Part shown: positions 45,658 to 55,883 of the stretch, piece by piece
How positions within the stretch are numbered: position 1 is the first letter of the stretch
How the letters are laid out: each line of letters starts with the position of its first letter
IMG/VR virus record: IMGVR_UViG_3300028549_003662
Span: 64,001 to 128,000 of that record
Direction: 5' to 3' (one strand)
Source: a virus
DNA length: 64,000 nt
Position numbers and translations under genes: made by a program
Notes under the pieces: generated by a model
Told to the model about the DNA's origin: nothing
The model's input: only the letters and a program-made list of their open reading frames with translations
The model's database searches: none

Positions 45658-48600
45658 AGGTGATCTCCGGGCCGTTGAAGGTGACACTCTGAATTTGCGT
45701 CTCTTGGTCCAAAGCGGGGTTCGCGGCGATCTTGTACCCCAGGGAGACACGGGTGGCGATGGCGTAGGAGCCATCATACGTGGCGACGATATCTTCCAGC
45801 TTGAAGCGCACGCGGCAGCGCTCACCGAGGAGCGTCATCGTGCGCAGCACGGCGTTTGTGGTGGCGTTTATGAAGCTCAGGACGACGACGGCGTTCTCAG
45901 CCCCAGTTCCTGCAGCCACTGTGGTGTTCGTGGCCGGTGTCTCGGAGGCCCCGGTGTCGAGATCCGGGCCATGACCGGGGAAGGCGCGGGTGATGTCGAG
46001 CAGGTCATGATCGACTGCCAAGACACGGTAGTCGAGCAGGTTCACCCAGAACTCGATGTCCTCACCAAGCGCCGCGTACACGCGCGTGAAGGGGTCGGCG
46101 TACGAGGGCCGCACAAGGTTCTGCGCGTACACCAGCGCCTTCTGCGCTGTCAGCCATGCGTCGTCCGGGGAATAGATGGCGCACATGCAGGATGGCCACG
46201 CAAGCTCATTCAGGCCCTGCGCGGGAACGGTGCGGGCCTTGAAGGTCTGGGAGCCGATCTGGTTGGTGTGCCCGATGGAGGCCGGAACAGGTGCGGCTGT
46301 AAAACCGTAGCCGTAATTGCTGTTCGTCTCCGGCAGCAGCGCCACGTAGTCCCCGGCCACGAAATTAGCGCCGGAGTAGCTGACGTCGCAGGCGTAGAGG
46401 CCGCTGAGCACCACCACTAGATCCGTTCCGGTGTCGTTGACGGAGATGTTGGCGGCGCGCACGTAGAACCCCAGGCCGGCATCATTCGTGGCCGCGTACG
46501 CGGAAGCCTTGGTGAGGATGACGTAGTTGTCCGGCGCGAAGTCAGGCATGAAGAAGCGGTCAATGACACCGCCGTAGATGTCCGCGCGCTGCTGCAGAAA
46601 AGCCAAGATGGGGAGCTTCTCTACTGCGCCATCGAAGGGGACGGTCATCGTCAGCGTTGCGGCGCCGAGGTAGCCGGGCTTGGCGTCTGCGATGTCGAAG
46701 TCGTGCTGCAATATGCCGACGACGGTGAAGTCCCCGGCTTCCTGCGCGAGGAAGTTGTCGTCCTCTTTCGCAGCGTTGATGCAGTCCGTGACGAGGTAGT
46801 AGGATATCGCATCCAAGGCGTGCGAGTTGGCTTGGCAGCAAAACGCCGCCGTCGGGAAGCCGCGCAGCAGCGGGGATATCTGCGTGTTTATCGCCCACAC
46901 CGGCAGCAGCACAGCGCCGCTGTACTCTCCTGGGGTGGCGACAACAACTCCGGGGTTGGTGGAGGTGTTGGGCTCCCCGGTGAGGACGCCATACCACTTC
47001 CCGCTCTCCTTGAACGTGACCTTCATCTTCTCCTCGCCGTACCCCATGATGGTCTTCTCGGCGACTTCAGCGATGAAGCGGTAGTCGAGCGTGGACGCGG
47101 AGTCGACGATCTGCAGCTTAAACAGCGAGCCCACTTCGAGTTCGTTAAACGCGAACGTGGTGGTGATGCTGCCGCTGTTCAGCGGGTTCTCGTACAGGAT
47201 GAGGGCCTCTTCGATGTACGCCTTCGCGTCATCGGGCCAGTTCAGGTAGTCAAGGCTGTACGACTTCTGTCGCCGCACACCAGTGAGGACGATGGACGCC
47301 GCGTTCACAGCGAACACACCGGCCTGGAGGAAATGGCCTTCCTGGCTGCTCTGCGCGAGCGCGTAGGCCTCTGCGGCTGCGCTGTATGCGGACTCCTGGT
47401 CGGCATGCGCGAGTTCCGCTGCCTGCAGCGCGTCATACGCCGCCACAACATCGGGGTGTGTGGGATCGCCGGGGTGCGCCGCCACTGCATCGTCGTAGAC
47501 GGTCTGCGCCACCACGTGGTTGTGCTTCGCCGCATTCAGTGCTTCAGCGGCAGTCACGCCACCTTGAGTGGAGGAGAACACGGTGTAGCCGTCGGCGTCA
47601 TAGCGCGCCGCAAGATACGTGGCGCGGGCCTCGTTTATGACGTCGGCGTTCTCAATGGAGGGCTTCTCCAGCGAGACCTCGATGACGTCCCGGATAACGT
47701 CGATGGTGGGGACGGTTTCGATGCCGCCTGGGGGCGTCTCCCCGTAGAGCTTGAAGCCAATCTTGCCGTCGGCGGTGCGCCGCATGTTGATCTTCGACTT
47801 CGCGGAGAGATCCTTCAGCAGCTCCTTGTACTTCTGCGGCGGCTGCGCGAGGGAGAACCACATGTAGGGGTACTCCGTGATGAGGCGCTTGCCGACGTCG
47901 GCCGCAGACAAGAAGTCGATCTCGTCGTATTTGTAGCGATCCAGAAGGATGTCGAGGATGATGGCGATGGGGTTGATGGCGATGGTGAGCCCGCAGTCAG
48001 CGGTATCACGGTGGCGCACCCACAGCCCCTCGTCGGCGTACTCCACGCCCTGTGCCATCAGCATGTACACGGTTCCGGGGTAGACGCTGAGGATGGCGCG
48101 GTAGTTCCCCACCGTCGCGGCGTTCAGGCCCATGAAGCCCTGGTTGATGTACAGCGCGGCCACGCCGGGCTGGTGTGCGGGGTACTTGGGGTTCGCCGCG
48201 CTGCCGCGAGTGAACGTGGGGAGCTTGCACAGCCGCTGCAACTCGTCGATGTTCTCGAAGTAGTCCATCGGCATCCCGCTGCCGGGGTAGGCCAGCGTGA
48301 AACCATTCACGGCGCCGCTGTTCGTGGCGCGCGCGCCGAAGTCGTAGGTGTCACCGTAGGACTCGGCCATCGGCAAGTAGTCCACCGGGAAGAACTCTTC
48401 CTGGTTGAGGAACATCTGGTTGTACCAGAGCTTCGCCGTGCGTGGAGAGTAGTAGGCGAAGGCCTCTATGTTGTCGCTCCAGTAGCGGTTGCCGATGATG
48501 GGGTCTTGATTGGAGTTCTTGCCTTTGGCCTTCTTGCCCATGAGCAGGCTGAGCACCATCATCGCGATGGATGTGGCGATCATTGCGGCCATCATGGGGT

Positions 48601-48688
48601 CGCAGAGCACAACGTCGGTGGCGTTGGCGCCGCACATCCAGCGCATCGCGCGGCGGCGTGCCTCCTCGTAAAAATCCCGCCACTTCAT
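45650..48688 (-). CDS. Tail tip/central fibre (gpJ-like hub) protein
   Basis: About 1000 aa; NP..II.DIL, ID..S, N...ATY, LEVG; follows L/K/I-like genes. Confidence 0.7.
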   Translation of the reverse strand: MKWRDFYEEARRRAMRWMCGANATDVVLCDPMMAAMIATSIAMMVLSLLMGKKAKGKNSNQDPIIGNRYWSDNIEAFAYYSPRTAKLWYNQMFLNQEEFFPVDYLPMAESYGDTYDFGARATNSGAVNGFTLAYPGSGMPMDYFENIDELQRLCKLPTFTRGSAANPKYPAHQPGVAALYINQGFMGLNAATVGNYRAILSVYPGTVYMLMAQGVEYADEGLWVRHRDTADCGLTIAINPIAIILDILLDRYKYDEIDFLSAADVGKRLITEYPYMWFSLAQPPQKYKELLKDLSAKSKINMRRTADGKIGFKLYGETPPGGIETVPTIDVIRDVIEVSLEKPSIENADVINEARATYLAARYDADGYTVFSSTQGGVTAAEALNAAKHNHVVAQTVYDDAVAAHPGDPTHPDVVAAYDALQAAELAHADQESAYSAAAEAYALAQSSQEGHFLQAGVFAVNAASIVLTGVRRQKSYSLDYLNWPDDAKAYIEEALILYENPLNSGSITTTFAFNELEVGSLFKLQIVDSASTLDYRFIAEVAEKTIMGYGEEKMKVTFKESGKWYGVLTGEPNTSTNPGVVVATPGEYSGAVLLPVWAINTQISPLLRGFPTAAFCCQANSHALDAISYYLVTDCINAAKEDDNFLAQEAGDFTVVGILQHDFDIADAKPGYLGAATLTMTVPFDGAVEKLPILAFLQQRADIYGGVIDRFFMPDFAPDNYVILTKASAYAATNDAGLGFYVRAANISVNDTGTDLVVVLSGLYACDVSYSGANFVAGDYVALLPETNSNYGYGFTAAPVPASIGHTNQIGSQTFKARTVPAQGLNELAWPSCMCAIYSPDDAWLTAQKALVYAQNLVRPSYADPFTRVYAALGEDIEFWVNLLDYRVLAVDHDLLDITRAFPGHGPDLDTGASETPATNTTVAAGTGAENAVVVLSFINATTNAVLRTMTLLGERCRVRFKLEDIVATYDGSYAIATRVSLGYKIAANPALDQETQIQSVTFNGPEITYG

Positions 48689-49011
48689 CAGTACACCCTG
48701 CTCTCGGATTGCGAAGACCTCGTCTGCAAGGAATAGTAGTTGCCGTACCACACCAAGTTTGCGGGAGCCCCTACCGTGCCGTACACGCGCGGTAGGGCCA
48801 CGTTGTCTGATCGCGCTGTGTACTCCTTGAGGGAGTAGTCGGAGGACGAGGACTCGCGCTGTTTCGCTTCCGGGGCCATCAGCATCTGTGCGATGGTCAT
48901 GGCGATCATTCCGGCAGTCATCGCCCACATCAGAGCGTTGGCGCCACCGACAGCAACGAATGTCGCGCCGCCTACCGCCAAGCCTACCGCCAAAGGGATT
49001 GCTGCTGCCAT
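48688..49011 (-). CDS. Tail assembly protein (gpI-like)
   Basis: Hydrophobic Gly/Ala N-terminus; LPRVYGTV...NLVWYG. Confidence 0.65.
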   Translation of the reverse strand: MAAAIPLAVGLAVGGATFVAVGGANALMWAMTAGMIAMTIAQMLMAPEAKQRESSSSDYSLKEYTARSDNVALPRVYGTVGAPANLVWYGNYYSLQTRSSQSESRVY

Positions 49012-49013
49012 CT

Positions 49014-49475
49014 TTACGCCTCCGCGTGTATAAGTACGGTATCTGCGAGGGTTTTGGCAAGGCCGAAGGTGGGGACGCACGTGGCGCTGCACCACTTCAT
49101 GATTCGCATGTCATCGAGCAGGATCGCGGACGTGTGCGTGGGCATCGTCGGGCAATACGCGAACCCCAGGCCGGTGCGTGGAAGCACGCTGCCGTTCTCA
49201 ATGAAGCTCACGTTGGCATCGTACCCGCGCAGCAGGCGCGCGACGGCATGCGGGATCTCGTGGAAGGACTGCGTGAGGACAGCAGTATTCCACACCGAGT
49301 CCAGGCGCTTCGCGGCTTCGGGGTGCCCGACGATGCTCGCGAACACGTGGATGACGGAGAACGCACGGAGGTTGTCCGTGCGCGCGTACAGGCGGCGCAC
49401 GCCTGGGTACTTCGCCGCCACACGCTTCAGATCACCTATCGTGCCTTTGACGAAGAAAAGCTGTGGGTTAATCAT
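49014..49475 (-). CDS. Tail-associated protein in the gpK/NlpC position
   Basis: Synteny only; no catalytic DC motif seen. Confidence 0.45.
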   Translation of the reverse strand: MINPQLFFVKGTIGDLKRVAAKYPGVRRLYARTDNLRAFSVIHVFASIVGHPEAAKRLDSVWNTAVLTQSFHEIPHAVARLLRGYDANVSFIENGSVLPRTGLGFAYCPTMPTHTSAILLDDMRIMKWCSATCVPTFGLAKTLADTVLIHAEA

Positions 49476-50356
49476 CTCGGCCTCCCGATGTTGCCGGAAT
49501 TGCCCTTGCCGATGGCGGTGACGTCCATCGCGGTGTAGTTGCTCCGCGGCATGTCCGGCCACGCGCATGCACGCGGGAGGTTGCCCATCATGGCCTTGCA
49601 ACGACTGAGGTCGAGCAGGCAGTTCGGCGCGATGGTAATATCCGACGTGGTGTCGAGGAACGTCGACAGCGGGTACTTCGTGGTGATGACCGAGCCCTGC
49701 ACGGACTTGAAGGTGTTACCCTGTTCGAGGTCAAAGGAGTACGTGCCGTCATCGACCTTGATCGTCGTCATCAGCAAGCCGTTCGTCCAGTAGTTGAAAT
49801 CGAGCGCGGAGCCGACGTCGATGCTGCGCGGACCCACCTGCGTCCACGAGCCGGCGGGGATGACCTGCTTCAATGCGTCGAAGTCCAGGCCGCAGTAGCG
49901 TCCGTACAGGTCGTGGTTGCAGTAGCGCTGCGTGTAGTAGGTGATGAGTTCGGTGTTCGAGGCTCCAATGGGGGAACCGAAGCTGATGTTGATGATGTTT
50001 TCCGAGAGTGCAGCGCTGAGCATGTTGCCGTAAAAGATGCTCACAGAGGCATTGAGCTCCTCGCGCCAGCGGAAGATCTCCATCTTCAGGCGTGGGGAGT
50101 TCTTGATGACCATCTCAATCCACAGCCGCGATGCCGGCAGGCGAATCTTGGTCTCGGCGTCGACCTCGTCAGACTTGATTTCCTCGTGCGCGCACGGGTA
50201 GGGCTTGAAGATGACACCATCATCCGGCATCTCTTCACGACCAGTACAGTACGGAACGATGCTAGTGATGGAACGCCCCATGAAGGTGAACTTGTAGAAA
50301 TAGCGGATGTGGCCACTGGCTACCGCGCGGTCCCATGCTTTGTTGCTGGCTGCCAT
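49472..50356 (-). CDS. Tail tip protein (gpL/DUF2163-like)
   Basis: CNHDLYGRYCGL...NC......C Fe-S-type cysteines. Confidence 0.7.
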   Translation of the reverse strand: MAASNKAWDRAVASGHIRYFYKFTFMGRSITSIVPYCTGREEMPDDGVIFKPYPCAHEEIKSDEVDAETKIRLPASRLWIEMVIKNSPRLKMEIFRWREELNASVSIFYGNMLSAALSENIINISFGSPIGASNTELITYYTQRYCNHDLYGRYCGLDFDALKQVIPAGSWTQVGPRSIDVGSALDFNYWTNGLLMTTIKVDDGTYSFDLEQGNTFKSVQGSVITTKYPLSTFLDTTSDITIAPNCLLDLSRCKAMMGNLPRACAWPDMPRSNYTAMDVTAIGKGNSGNIGRPR

Positions 50357-51132
50357 TAGATGTCATCCTCCGGGTAAATCCGCGGCTGCTCCGTCCAGGG
50401 GTCGTAGTAGTTGGTGACGTCTTCAACGAGCTCCATCTGGGCTTCCACGATGGCGGAAGTCGTGAAATCGAAACTGACTTCATCTTTGTTCATGCGCATA
50501 TACGCGCATTCCGTGATGAGGTCCACATCACCGTACTCAATCTCAGGGATGTTGTGCGCGCAGTTCACGCGCAGCACGCGGAAGTCCTCAGTCGGGACGA
50601 TGCTGGTGGGGCGCGTCCAGAAGCACTTCTTGAAGCCGTCGTAGAAAATGAGGATGAGCCGCTTGGAGGCGCTCCAATATTTGGTCTGCCCCCAGTTCAG
50701 CGCGTGGAAGTAGTTGCGCGGGTTCCCCTGCTGATCGTTACCGCCGATGACCTCCAGGCCCTCCATGCTGGGGAAGACCTCCGGGCCGTGCCCGACAGGA
50801 AAGAACTGGTGGGAAAGCGTTGTCGTCCAGAACGACATGTAGCGGCCCTCGACGGCGAACGTGAAGTCGAGCAGCTTGTTGTACTGCGACCGCGTATGCG
50901 CGCGCATGTTGAGCTGGCACACCGTCATCGGCTCCGGCGCCAGGAGGAACTCCGCGTAGGTTCCGGTGCCGAAATCAGCTACTGCGCCCTTGTAGGAGAG
51001 CATGAAGCCGGTGTCCTCATAAAGCATCGCATCTGGCCGGGGGAGGCACACGATGTCGTAGTTGGGCGGCAGGTTGATGTGCGCGGGCGTGGTGTCCCCG
51101 ATGACGTACATGGCGTTGTGCAGATAGCTCAC
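50356..51132 (-). CDS. Putative distal tail protein
   Basis: GRY.SFW motif; position. Confidence 0.55.
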   Translation of the reverse strand: MSYLHNAMYVIGDTTPAHINLPPNYDIVCLPRPDAMLYEDTGFMLSYKGAVADFGTGTYAEFLLAPEPMTVCQLNMRAHTRSQYNKLLDFTFAVEGRYMSFWTTTLSHQFFPVGHGPEVFPSMEGLEVIGGNDQQGNPRNYFHALNWGQTKYWSASKRLILIFYDGFKKCFWTRPTSIVPTEDFRVLRVNCAHNIPEIEYGDVDLITECAYMRMNKDEVSFDFTTSAIVEAQMELVEDVTNYYDPWTEQPRIYPEDDI

Positions 51133-51788
51133 AGGATGGCCCTCTTGTTCTCACCGCCGGATACGCGCGCAGTGAGGCTTACTTCGTGCACGCCGTCACC
51201 GGCGTAGAACATGCTGATGTTCATGTCGGCAACGACAATCTCTATGGGGTAATGCAGCACCAGCGAGAACATGTAGTCCACCGTCCACGGGATCTCGTAG
51301 TCGGCCAGCATGTGAATGGTTACAAAGGGGGCGACGTCCGCCACAGCTTCGGCGCGGCAGTACACGGTGTGCACGGTCCTATCGGTGTCCAGCACCAGAG
51401 CGATGGCGAAGTCTGTAGCACTTTGCAAGGTGTCTTCGAGATACTCCGTGAGGAGGTAGTCGAGCACGCGGATGTTCTTGCTGTCGACGATGGTGATGCC
51501 GGGGATCTGCTTCAGGCTGTGCGTGACGTAGACTTTACTGTCCGGTCCAAACAGGCCGCCTGCCATCCCCATGAGGAGGTTGGCGGTGTACATGGCGTAG
51601 TAGTGGTTCATCTGCGTCTTGAGGCTGAAATTCGCGCTGGGATCGAAGTTGATGCTCTTGTTGAACTGCAGCACGACCCGCGATTCGTTCTCTGTGAGTT
51701 GCGCAAGCTCTACACGTTTGTCCAGGTTGGCGGTCTTCTCATCACCGCGCTCCTGGATGTGGACGAACGGCAGCACCAGCTTATCCAT
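51129..51788 (-). CDS. Putative tail protein
   Basis: E.RV.L motif; position. Confidence 0.55.
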   Translation of the reverse strand: MDKLVLPFVHIQERGDEKTANLDKRVELAQLTENESRVVLQFNKSINFDPSANFSLKTQMNHYYAMYTANLLMGMAGGLFGPDSKVYVTHSLKQIPGITIVDSKNIRVLDYLLTEYLEDTLQSATDFAIALVLDTDRTVHTVYCRAEAVADVAPFVTIHMLADYEIPWTVDYMFSLVLHYPIEIVVADMNISMFYAGDGVHEVSLTARVSGGENKRAIL

Positions 51789-52341
51789 ATACCTGCCCCT
51801 TGGTGGTTTCAATTTCCGCTTTCACCACGGAACCGTCCACATTGCAAGACTTGTAGTAGCCCATCACCACCGGGACAAGGTACACGGCTTCGCTCTGCAC
51901 GTTGTTGGAGTAGAAGCGGGATGTGATGATGTTGTGACTGTTCGGGATGCTGATTACTTCAGCACGGCCGCCGTAGGTGTTGCCGGAGACAACGATGATG
52001 GCTTCCTTGACGCGGAACCACGACAAGTACTCGCTGATGGCTTCCTCGGTCTCCCACAGTGTGGTGCCTCCAGAGGTGTCCACTATGCGCGCGCACACCA
52101 TGTCGGGGCGGAACGGTACAGGAACAGGGTTGCCGTCGTTGGCCAAGATTGACTTGGATTCTGCGCTCACGTAGAGCCAATTTCTAGAATACTGCCCGGT
52201 AAATTCAGATTCTACTGAGAGCGTTATCTGCGGTCCTAGTGTACTGGTGCGTAGGGTGCCAGAGCCTACAGTCTCCGCGACGCTGTTGTAATGCAGCACC
52301 GACATCGTCAACTTGGTTTCTTTTTTATCACCGGAGCTCAT
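51781..52341 (-). CDS. Putative tail protein, first gene of the minus-strand unit
   Basis: ORF at the strand switch; start uncertain (52341 or 52305). Confidence 0.55.
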   Translation of the reverse strand: MSSGDKKETKLTMSVLHYNSVAETVGSGTLRTSTLGPQITLSVESEFTGQYSRNWLYVSAESKSILANDGNPVPVPFRPDMVCARIVDTSGGTTLWETEEAISEYLSWFRVKEAIIVVSGNTYGGRAEVISIPNSHNIITSRFYSNNVQSEAVYLVPVVMGYYKSCNVDGSVVKAEIETTKGQVYG

Positions 52342-53280
52342 GTGTACCCCATCACTTCTATTTTCAGGACAGAAAGCGGCTTCATCCCCGGTTACGGCCT
52401 CGCACCCGCGCGGCCAGGTCGCTACGAGTTCCCGACGGCGCTGTTGCTGTTGTCGCGCAACACCCTGCACAGCGTCTCCTGTGTCGAGGTATCCGAGAAC
52501 ATTCCTGGCGTCGTGATCTCAACGCGCCGTGGGTTCTACGGCGTGCAGGAGGACATGTACCAGGGTGCGCCGGTATTCTCAATAGACAACATCCCCCTGC
52601 GCCTGATCGAACCCGCGCGCTCCAGTCTGACTGATGCGCAGGTCGTCGACATGTCCATGCGCGCTACTGTAGCACTATGTGCGCTCCCGCTGCAGGCGGT
52701 AAACCACCGCATACGCGATCTGGTGTTCATGGAGTTCCGTGTGAAGCCCATTTCGGGCCAGGAAGCCAACGCCGCCTACCAGTACATCCTCGACTTCTCG
52801 AAGCTCTCTACCGCACACATCTACATGTGGTTCTACCACTTCCTGGTCTGTATGTTCCGTCTGAACGGCTTGCGCATCAACCGCTCGGAGAACTTCATCC
52901 GGCTGCAGATGGTGAATGTGTGGTGGCGTGACATCGTCCTCATGCTGCTCAAGCACTTCGCGGTCGACTACACGATGCGCTTTTTTAATGCGACATCCGA
53001 AGTGCGCTTTTCCCGTCGGGAGTTCCGCCGCATGCTCAGCCGCATGCTCACCGTGGGGTTCCCTCGTCTTGTAGAGGACTTCGCGCTGGTTGACGCTGTG
53101 ACCACGAAAGATACGGTTATTTTGGGAGATGACGGGGTCGTTGTACTGGACGAGAGCACGGACGCTCCCGGTAAAATTACGAGCACAAAGCTGCGTGGCA
53201 AGTACGTCGAGTACGTCGGGCTCCATATCAGCTTCCCCGAAATCACAGAATTTGTAGAGACCAATGGCTTGATTTTGTAG
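52342..53280 (+). CDS. Free-standing degenerate intein-like (Hint plus LAGLIDADG-like) protein
   Basis: GGAG RBS plus GTG; block A-, E-, H-, F- and G-like segments without Cys1 or terminal His-Asn. Confidence 0.5.
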   Translation: MYPITSIFRTESGFIPGYGLAPARPGRYEFPTALLLLSRNTLHSVSCVEVSENIPGVVISTRRGFYGVQEDMYQGAPVFSIDNIPLRLIEPARSSLTDAQVVDMSMRATVALCALPLQAVNHRIRDLVFMEFRVKPISGQEANAAYQYILDFSKLSTAHIYMWFYHFLVCMFRLNGLRINRSENFIRLQMVNVWWRDIVLMLLKHFAVDYTMRFFNATSEVRFSRREFRRMLSRMLTVGFPRLVEDFALVDAVTTKDTVILGDDGVVVLDESTDAPGKITSTKLRGKYVEYVGLHISFPEITEFVETNGLIL

Positions 53281-53304
53281 AAAGGCGGATGTAATGGTGG
53301 CCTC

Positions 53305-53544
53305 ATGAAATTGAACGTGCGCTGTGAACGCATCGCTGACGGCTCGTTTACATTCGAGTTTTCAGCAGCCGGAGCCCCCTATAGCGGGGTTGTTGTTCCG
53401 ACGCTTGCCGATGGCGCTCCGCGTGTTCTCAACATCAGCTACAAAGTCCCGCGCAACGAGGTCATCACCAAGCTCATGCGCGAGTCCTTCGACCCGTTCG
53501 TTATAGAGACTGTCCTCAGAGAACTTTCCACTCCCCAAGGATAA
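53305..53544 (+). CDS. Hypothetical protein
   Basis: Plus-strand operon packing. Confidence 0.6.
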   Translation: MKLNVRCERIADGSFTFEFSAAGAPYSGVVVPTLADGAPRVLNISYKVPRNEVITKLMRESFDPFVIETVLRELSTPQG

Positions 53545-53549
53545 CGCAC

Positions 53550-54284
53550 ATGGGCAACATCATCCTTCCCGCCGAAGCGCCCTTCGACCTCTACAAGGCC
53601 GCATACGTTTTCTACCATCGGCGGAACCTGCGCCTGTGCCATTTCACCTTCGTTTACCCGAACAAGCAGTTCAGCACCCGCAACGGTGATGTGTTGCTCG
53701 GCATCAACGTCGACACCGGAAACCAAGCGGTGTCGAAATTCGCACGCCTGTCAGAGGTGATGGAGTTCTTCGGGGACAACCTGGAGTTCCGCTTCCTCTA
53801 CCAGATCAGTGACGACGTCATCTGCGGGTTCGCCAATAAGGACCGCACCCGTGTCCTCGACGCCGTCTTCACTTTCTTCGACAACTACCGCCGCAGCATG
53901 GCTGAGCTCATGGGGTACGAGACCATCATCCACAACCACGAGCTCATTGAAGTCAACGGCGTGCGGATCGTTGTGCAGCACGGTGACAAGTTTATCTCGC
54001 CGGATGAACGCATCGTCTTGTTCCGCTCTGGTATCGACTACGTGGTCTGGGCGACGAACAAGGAACCCGGCATTCAGAAAAATCTCTGCTCAAACGCGCC
54101 CACACTATCCGGTTTTGCCAAGAGCTCGCACATGCTGCTCACTGGCGACTGGTTTGTTCCGGCGAAAGGTCACATGCTGGTTTCGAAAGCCGGTGGCCAA
54201 TCCAAGGAACAGCTCGTCAAAGGCTTCACCGCCTATCTTTCAGACACACTGGCACGCGCGACGCCTGGACAGGCGTGCAAGTAA
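53550..54284 (+). CDS. Hypothetical protein
   Basis: AAGGA RBS; 244 aa. Confidence 0.7.
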   Translation: MGNIILPAEAPFDLYKAAYVFYHRRNLRLCHFTFVYPNKQFSTRNGDVLLGINVDTGNQAVSKFARLSEVMEFFGDNLEFRFLYQISDDVICGFANKDRTRVLDAVFTFFDNYRRSMAELMGYETIIHNHELIEVNGVRIVVQHGDKFISPDERIVLFRSGIDYVVWATNKEPGIQKNLCSNAPTLSGFAKSSHMLLTGDWFVPAKGHMLVSKAGGQSKEQLVKGFTAYLSDTLARATPGQACK

Positions 54285-54305
54285 TTCACTTCTAGGAGGA
54301 CTATC

Positions 54306-54824
54306 ATGCCCAACAAGTCTGTTCATCCGCATCGCAAAATGACGTCCATGCTCATCACCGGTGGCGACGCCGGCCGCTGGGTGGACCTCGACCTCCAACT
54401 GACTCTGCCGCCCGAAGGTGGTAAGTTCGTTGGTCGTCTCACCGCCGCTGGCGCCGACCTGAATAAGCTCGGCCTCATCAACGGTGCCAACACTGACGGC
54501 AAGGTCTACGGCTTGCTGCCGGTGTCGCGCAACCCCAACTTCATCCAGCACGACATCCACGAGCGTGCGGCCCACCCGTCGTACGTGTACCCGGCCGGCC
54601 AGTCCGTGTACGTCATCAACGACCTCACCGGCCAGTTCCTCATCAAGGTGAAGGGCGACATCGCCACCGCGAAGTCCGGCCTCTCCTACGCCCTGGTCGT
54701 CGAAAACGGCGTGCAGCTTCTGGATCTCGCCACCCCCGGCGGCCCCGTCATCGTGACGGACGAGATCACGGAATCCGAGCGCGGCTACGTCCGTGTGAAA
54801 CTCAACAGCGCGGCCGTCGCGTAA
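54306..54824 (+). CDS. Putative capsid decoration/cement protein
   Basis: Directly upstream of the MCP; AGGAGG RBS; high codon bias. Confidence 0.6.
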   Translation: MPNKSVHPHRKMTSMLITGGDAGRWVDLDLQLTLPPEGGKFVGRLTAAGADLNKLGLINGANTDGKVYGLLPVSRNPNFIQHDIHERAAHPSYVYPAGQSVYVINDLTGQFLIKVKGDIATAKSGLSYALVVENGVQLLDLATPGGPVIVTDEITESERGYVRVKLNSAAVA

Positions 54825-54845
54825 CAGGGCTAGGAGGGTACTACA

Positions 54846-55823
54846 ATGGCTTTGCAGAGAACTGATTTCACCCAGGCTCTGACCAAGAAAGGTTACGAGA
54901 TTTTCTGGGATAACTACGTCGAAGTCGACAACGTCTGGGAGGGCCTGTTCCGTCAGGAGCCGTTGACCTCCGGCGCCTACATTGAGCGCGCGTCCATGAT
55001 CGGTCTGGGCGACCTGACCGAGAAGGGTGAGAACGAGCCCTTCACCTACGACATCCCCGCCGATGGCTGGCCTGTCCTGGGCAAGGTGCGCACCTTTGCG
55101 AAGGGCTTCGCCTTCAGCATGGAGCTCTACGAGGACACCCAGATCGAGAACCTGTTCTCGCAGTACGTCGCGCAATGGGGCGAAGCCTACATGCGCACGC
55201 GTGACCGCTTCTACAGCAACTTCCTCAACAACGGCGCCCTGCTCACCGGCCACGAAGTGTTCGACAACACCGTGCCCGGCGTGAAGATCGACCCCACCGG
55301 GAAGTTCATCTACGACGGTAAGCCCTTCTTCGCCGATGCCGGCAACGCGCATCCGCTGAAGATGTGCGACAAGACCATCGTGAACTACTTCCCGCTGCCG
55401 CTCACCCACGAGAACTTTGCCACCGTGTGGCAGAGCATGACCATCAACAACGCCTTCGACGAGAAGGGCGACGAGATCAACCTGGCCCCGGACACCCTGG
55501 TCATTCACCCCTCCCTGAAGTTCAAGGTGAAGGAGATCCTCGAAAGCGAGTTCCTCCCCAGCGTTTCCGGCACCCCGTCCATCCGCAACCCGCTCCGCGG
55601 GCTCGTGAGCGCCGTCATCGAATGGCGTCGCCTCGACGATCCCAACGGCTGGTTCCTCATGCAGCGTCAGCGCGGCCTTGTCGCCCTGAACCGCAAGGAG
55701 CTCTCCCTGGACGTTTGGGTGGACCCCGAAACCAAGCAGGTCAAGGCCACCGTCAACTGCCGCTTCGGCGGGTACGTTGACAACTGCCGCTACACCACGG
55801 CCTGCAACATCCGGCAGAGCTAG
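54846..55823 (+). CDS. Major capsid protein (HK97 fold, Mu gpT-like)
   Basis: 325 aa; G.G.L.EK.E, FAKGF.FS.EL.ED, YDGKPFF...HP, PDTLVIHP.L, RFG; followed by a terminator. Confidence 0.85.
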   Translation: MALQRTDFTQALTKKGYEIFWDNYVEVDNVWEGLFRQEPLTSGAYIERASMIGLGDLTEKGENEPFTYDIPADGWPVLGKVRTFAKGFAFSMELYEDTQIENLFSQYVAQWGEAYMRTRDRFYSNFLNNGALLTGHEVFDNTVPGVKIDPTGKFIYDGKPFFADAGNAHPLKMCDKTIVNYFPLPLTHENFATVWQSMTINNAFDEKGDEINLAPDTLVIHPSLKFKVKEILESEFLPSVSGTPSIRNPLRGLVSAVIEWRRLDDPNGWFLMQRQRGLVALNRKELSLDVWVDPETKQVKATVNCRFGGYVDNCRYTTACNIRQS

Positions 55824-55834
55824 ACCACACCATG

Positions 55835-55863
55835 AGGGAGCCGGGCACGTCCCGGCTCCCTTT
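55835..55863 (+). terminator. Rho-independent terminator after the MCP
   Basis: GGGAGCCGGG/CCCGGCTCCC stem plus TTT. Confidence 0.75.
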
Positions 55864-55883
55864 AACATCAGAGGAGACAACTC

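Noticed and set aside
53550-54284. Possible DHH/HD hydrolase (DatZ candidate)
   Set aside because: No HD or DHH metal-binding motif is present; left as hypothetical.
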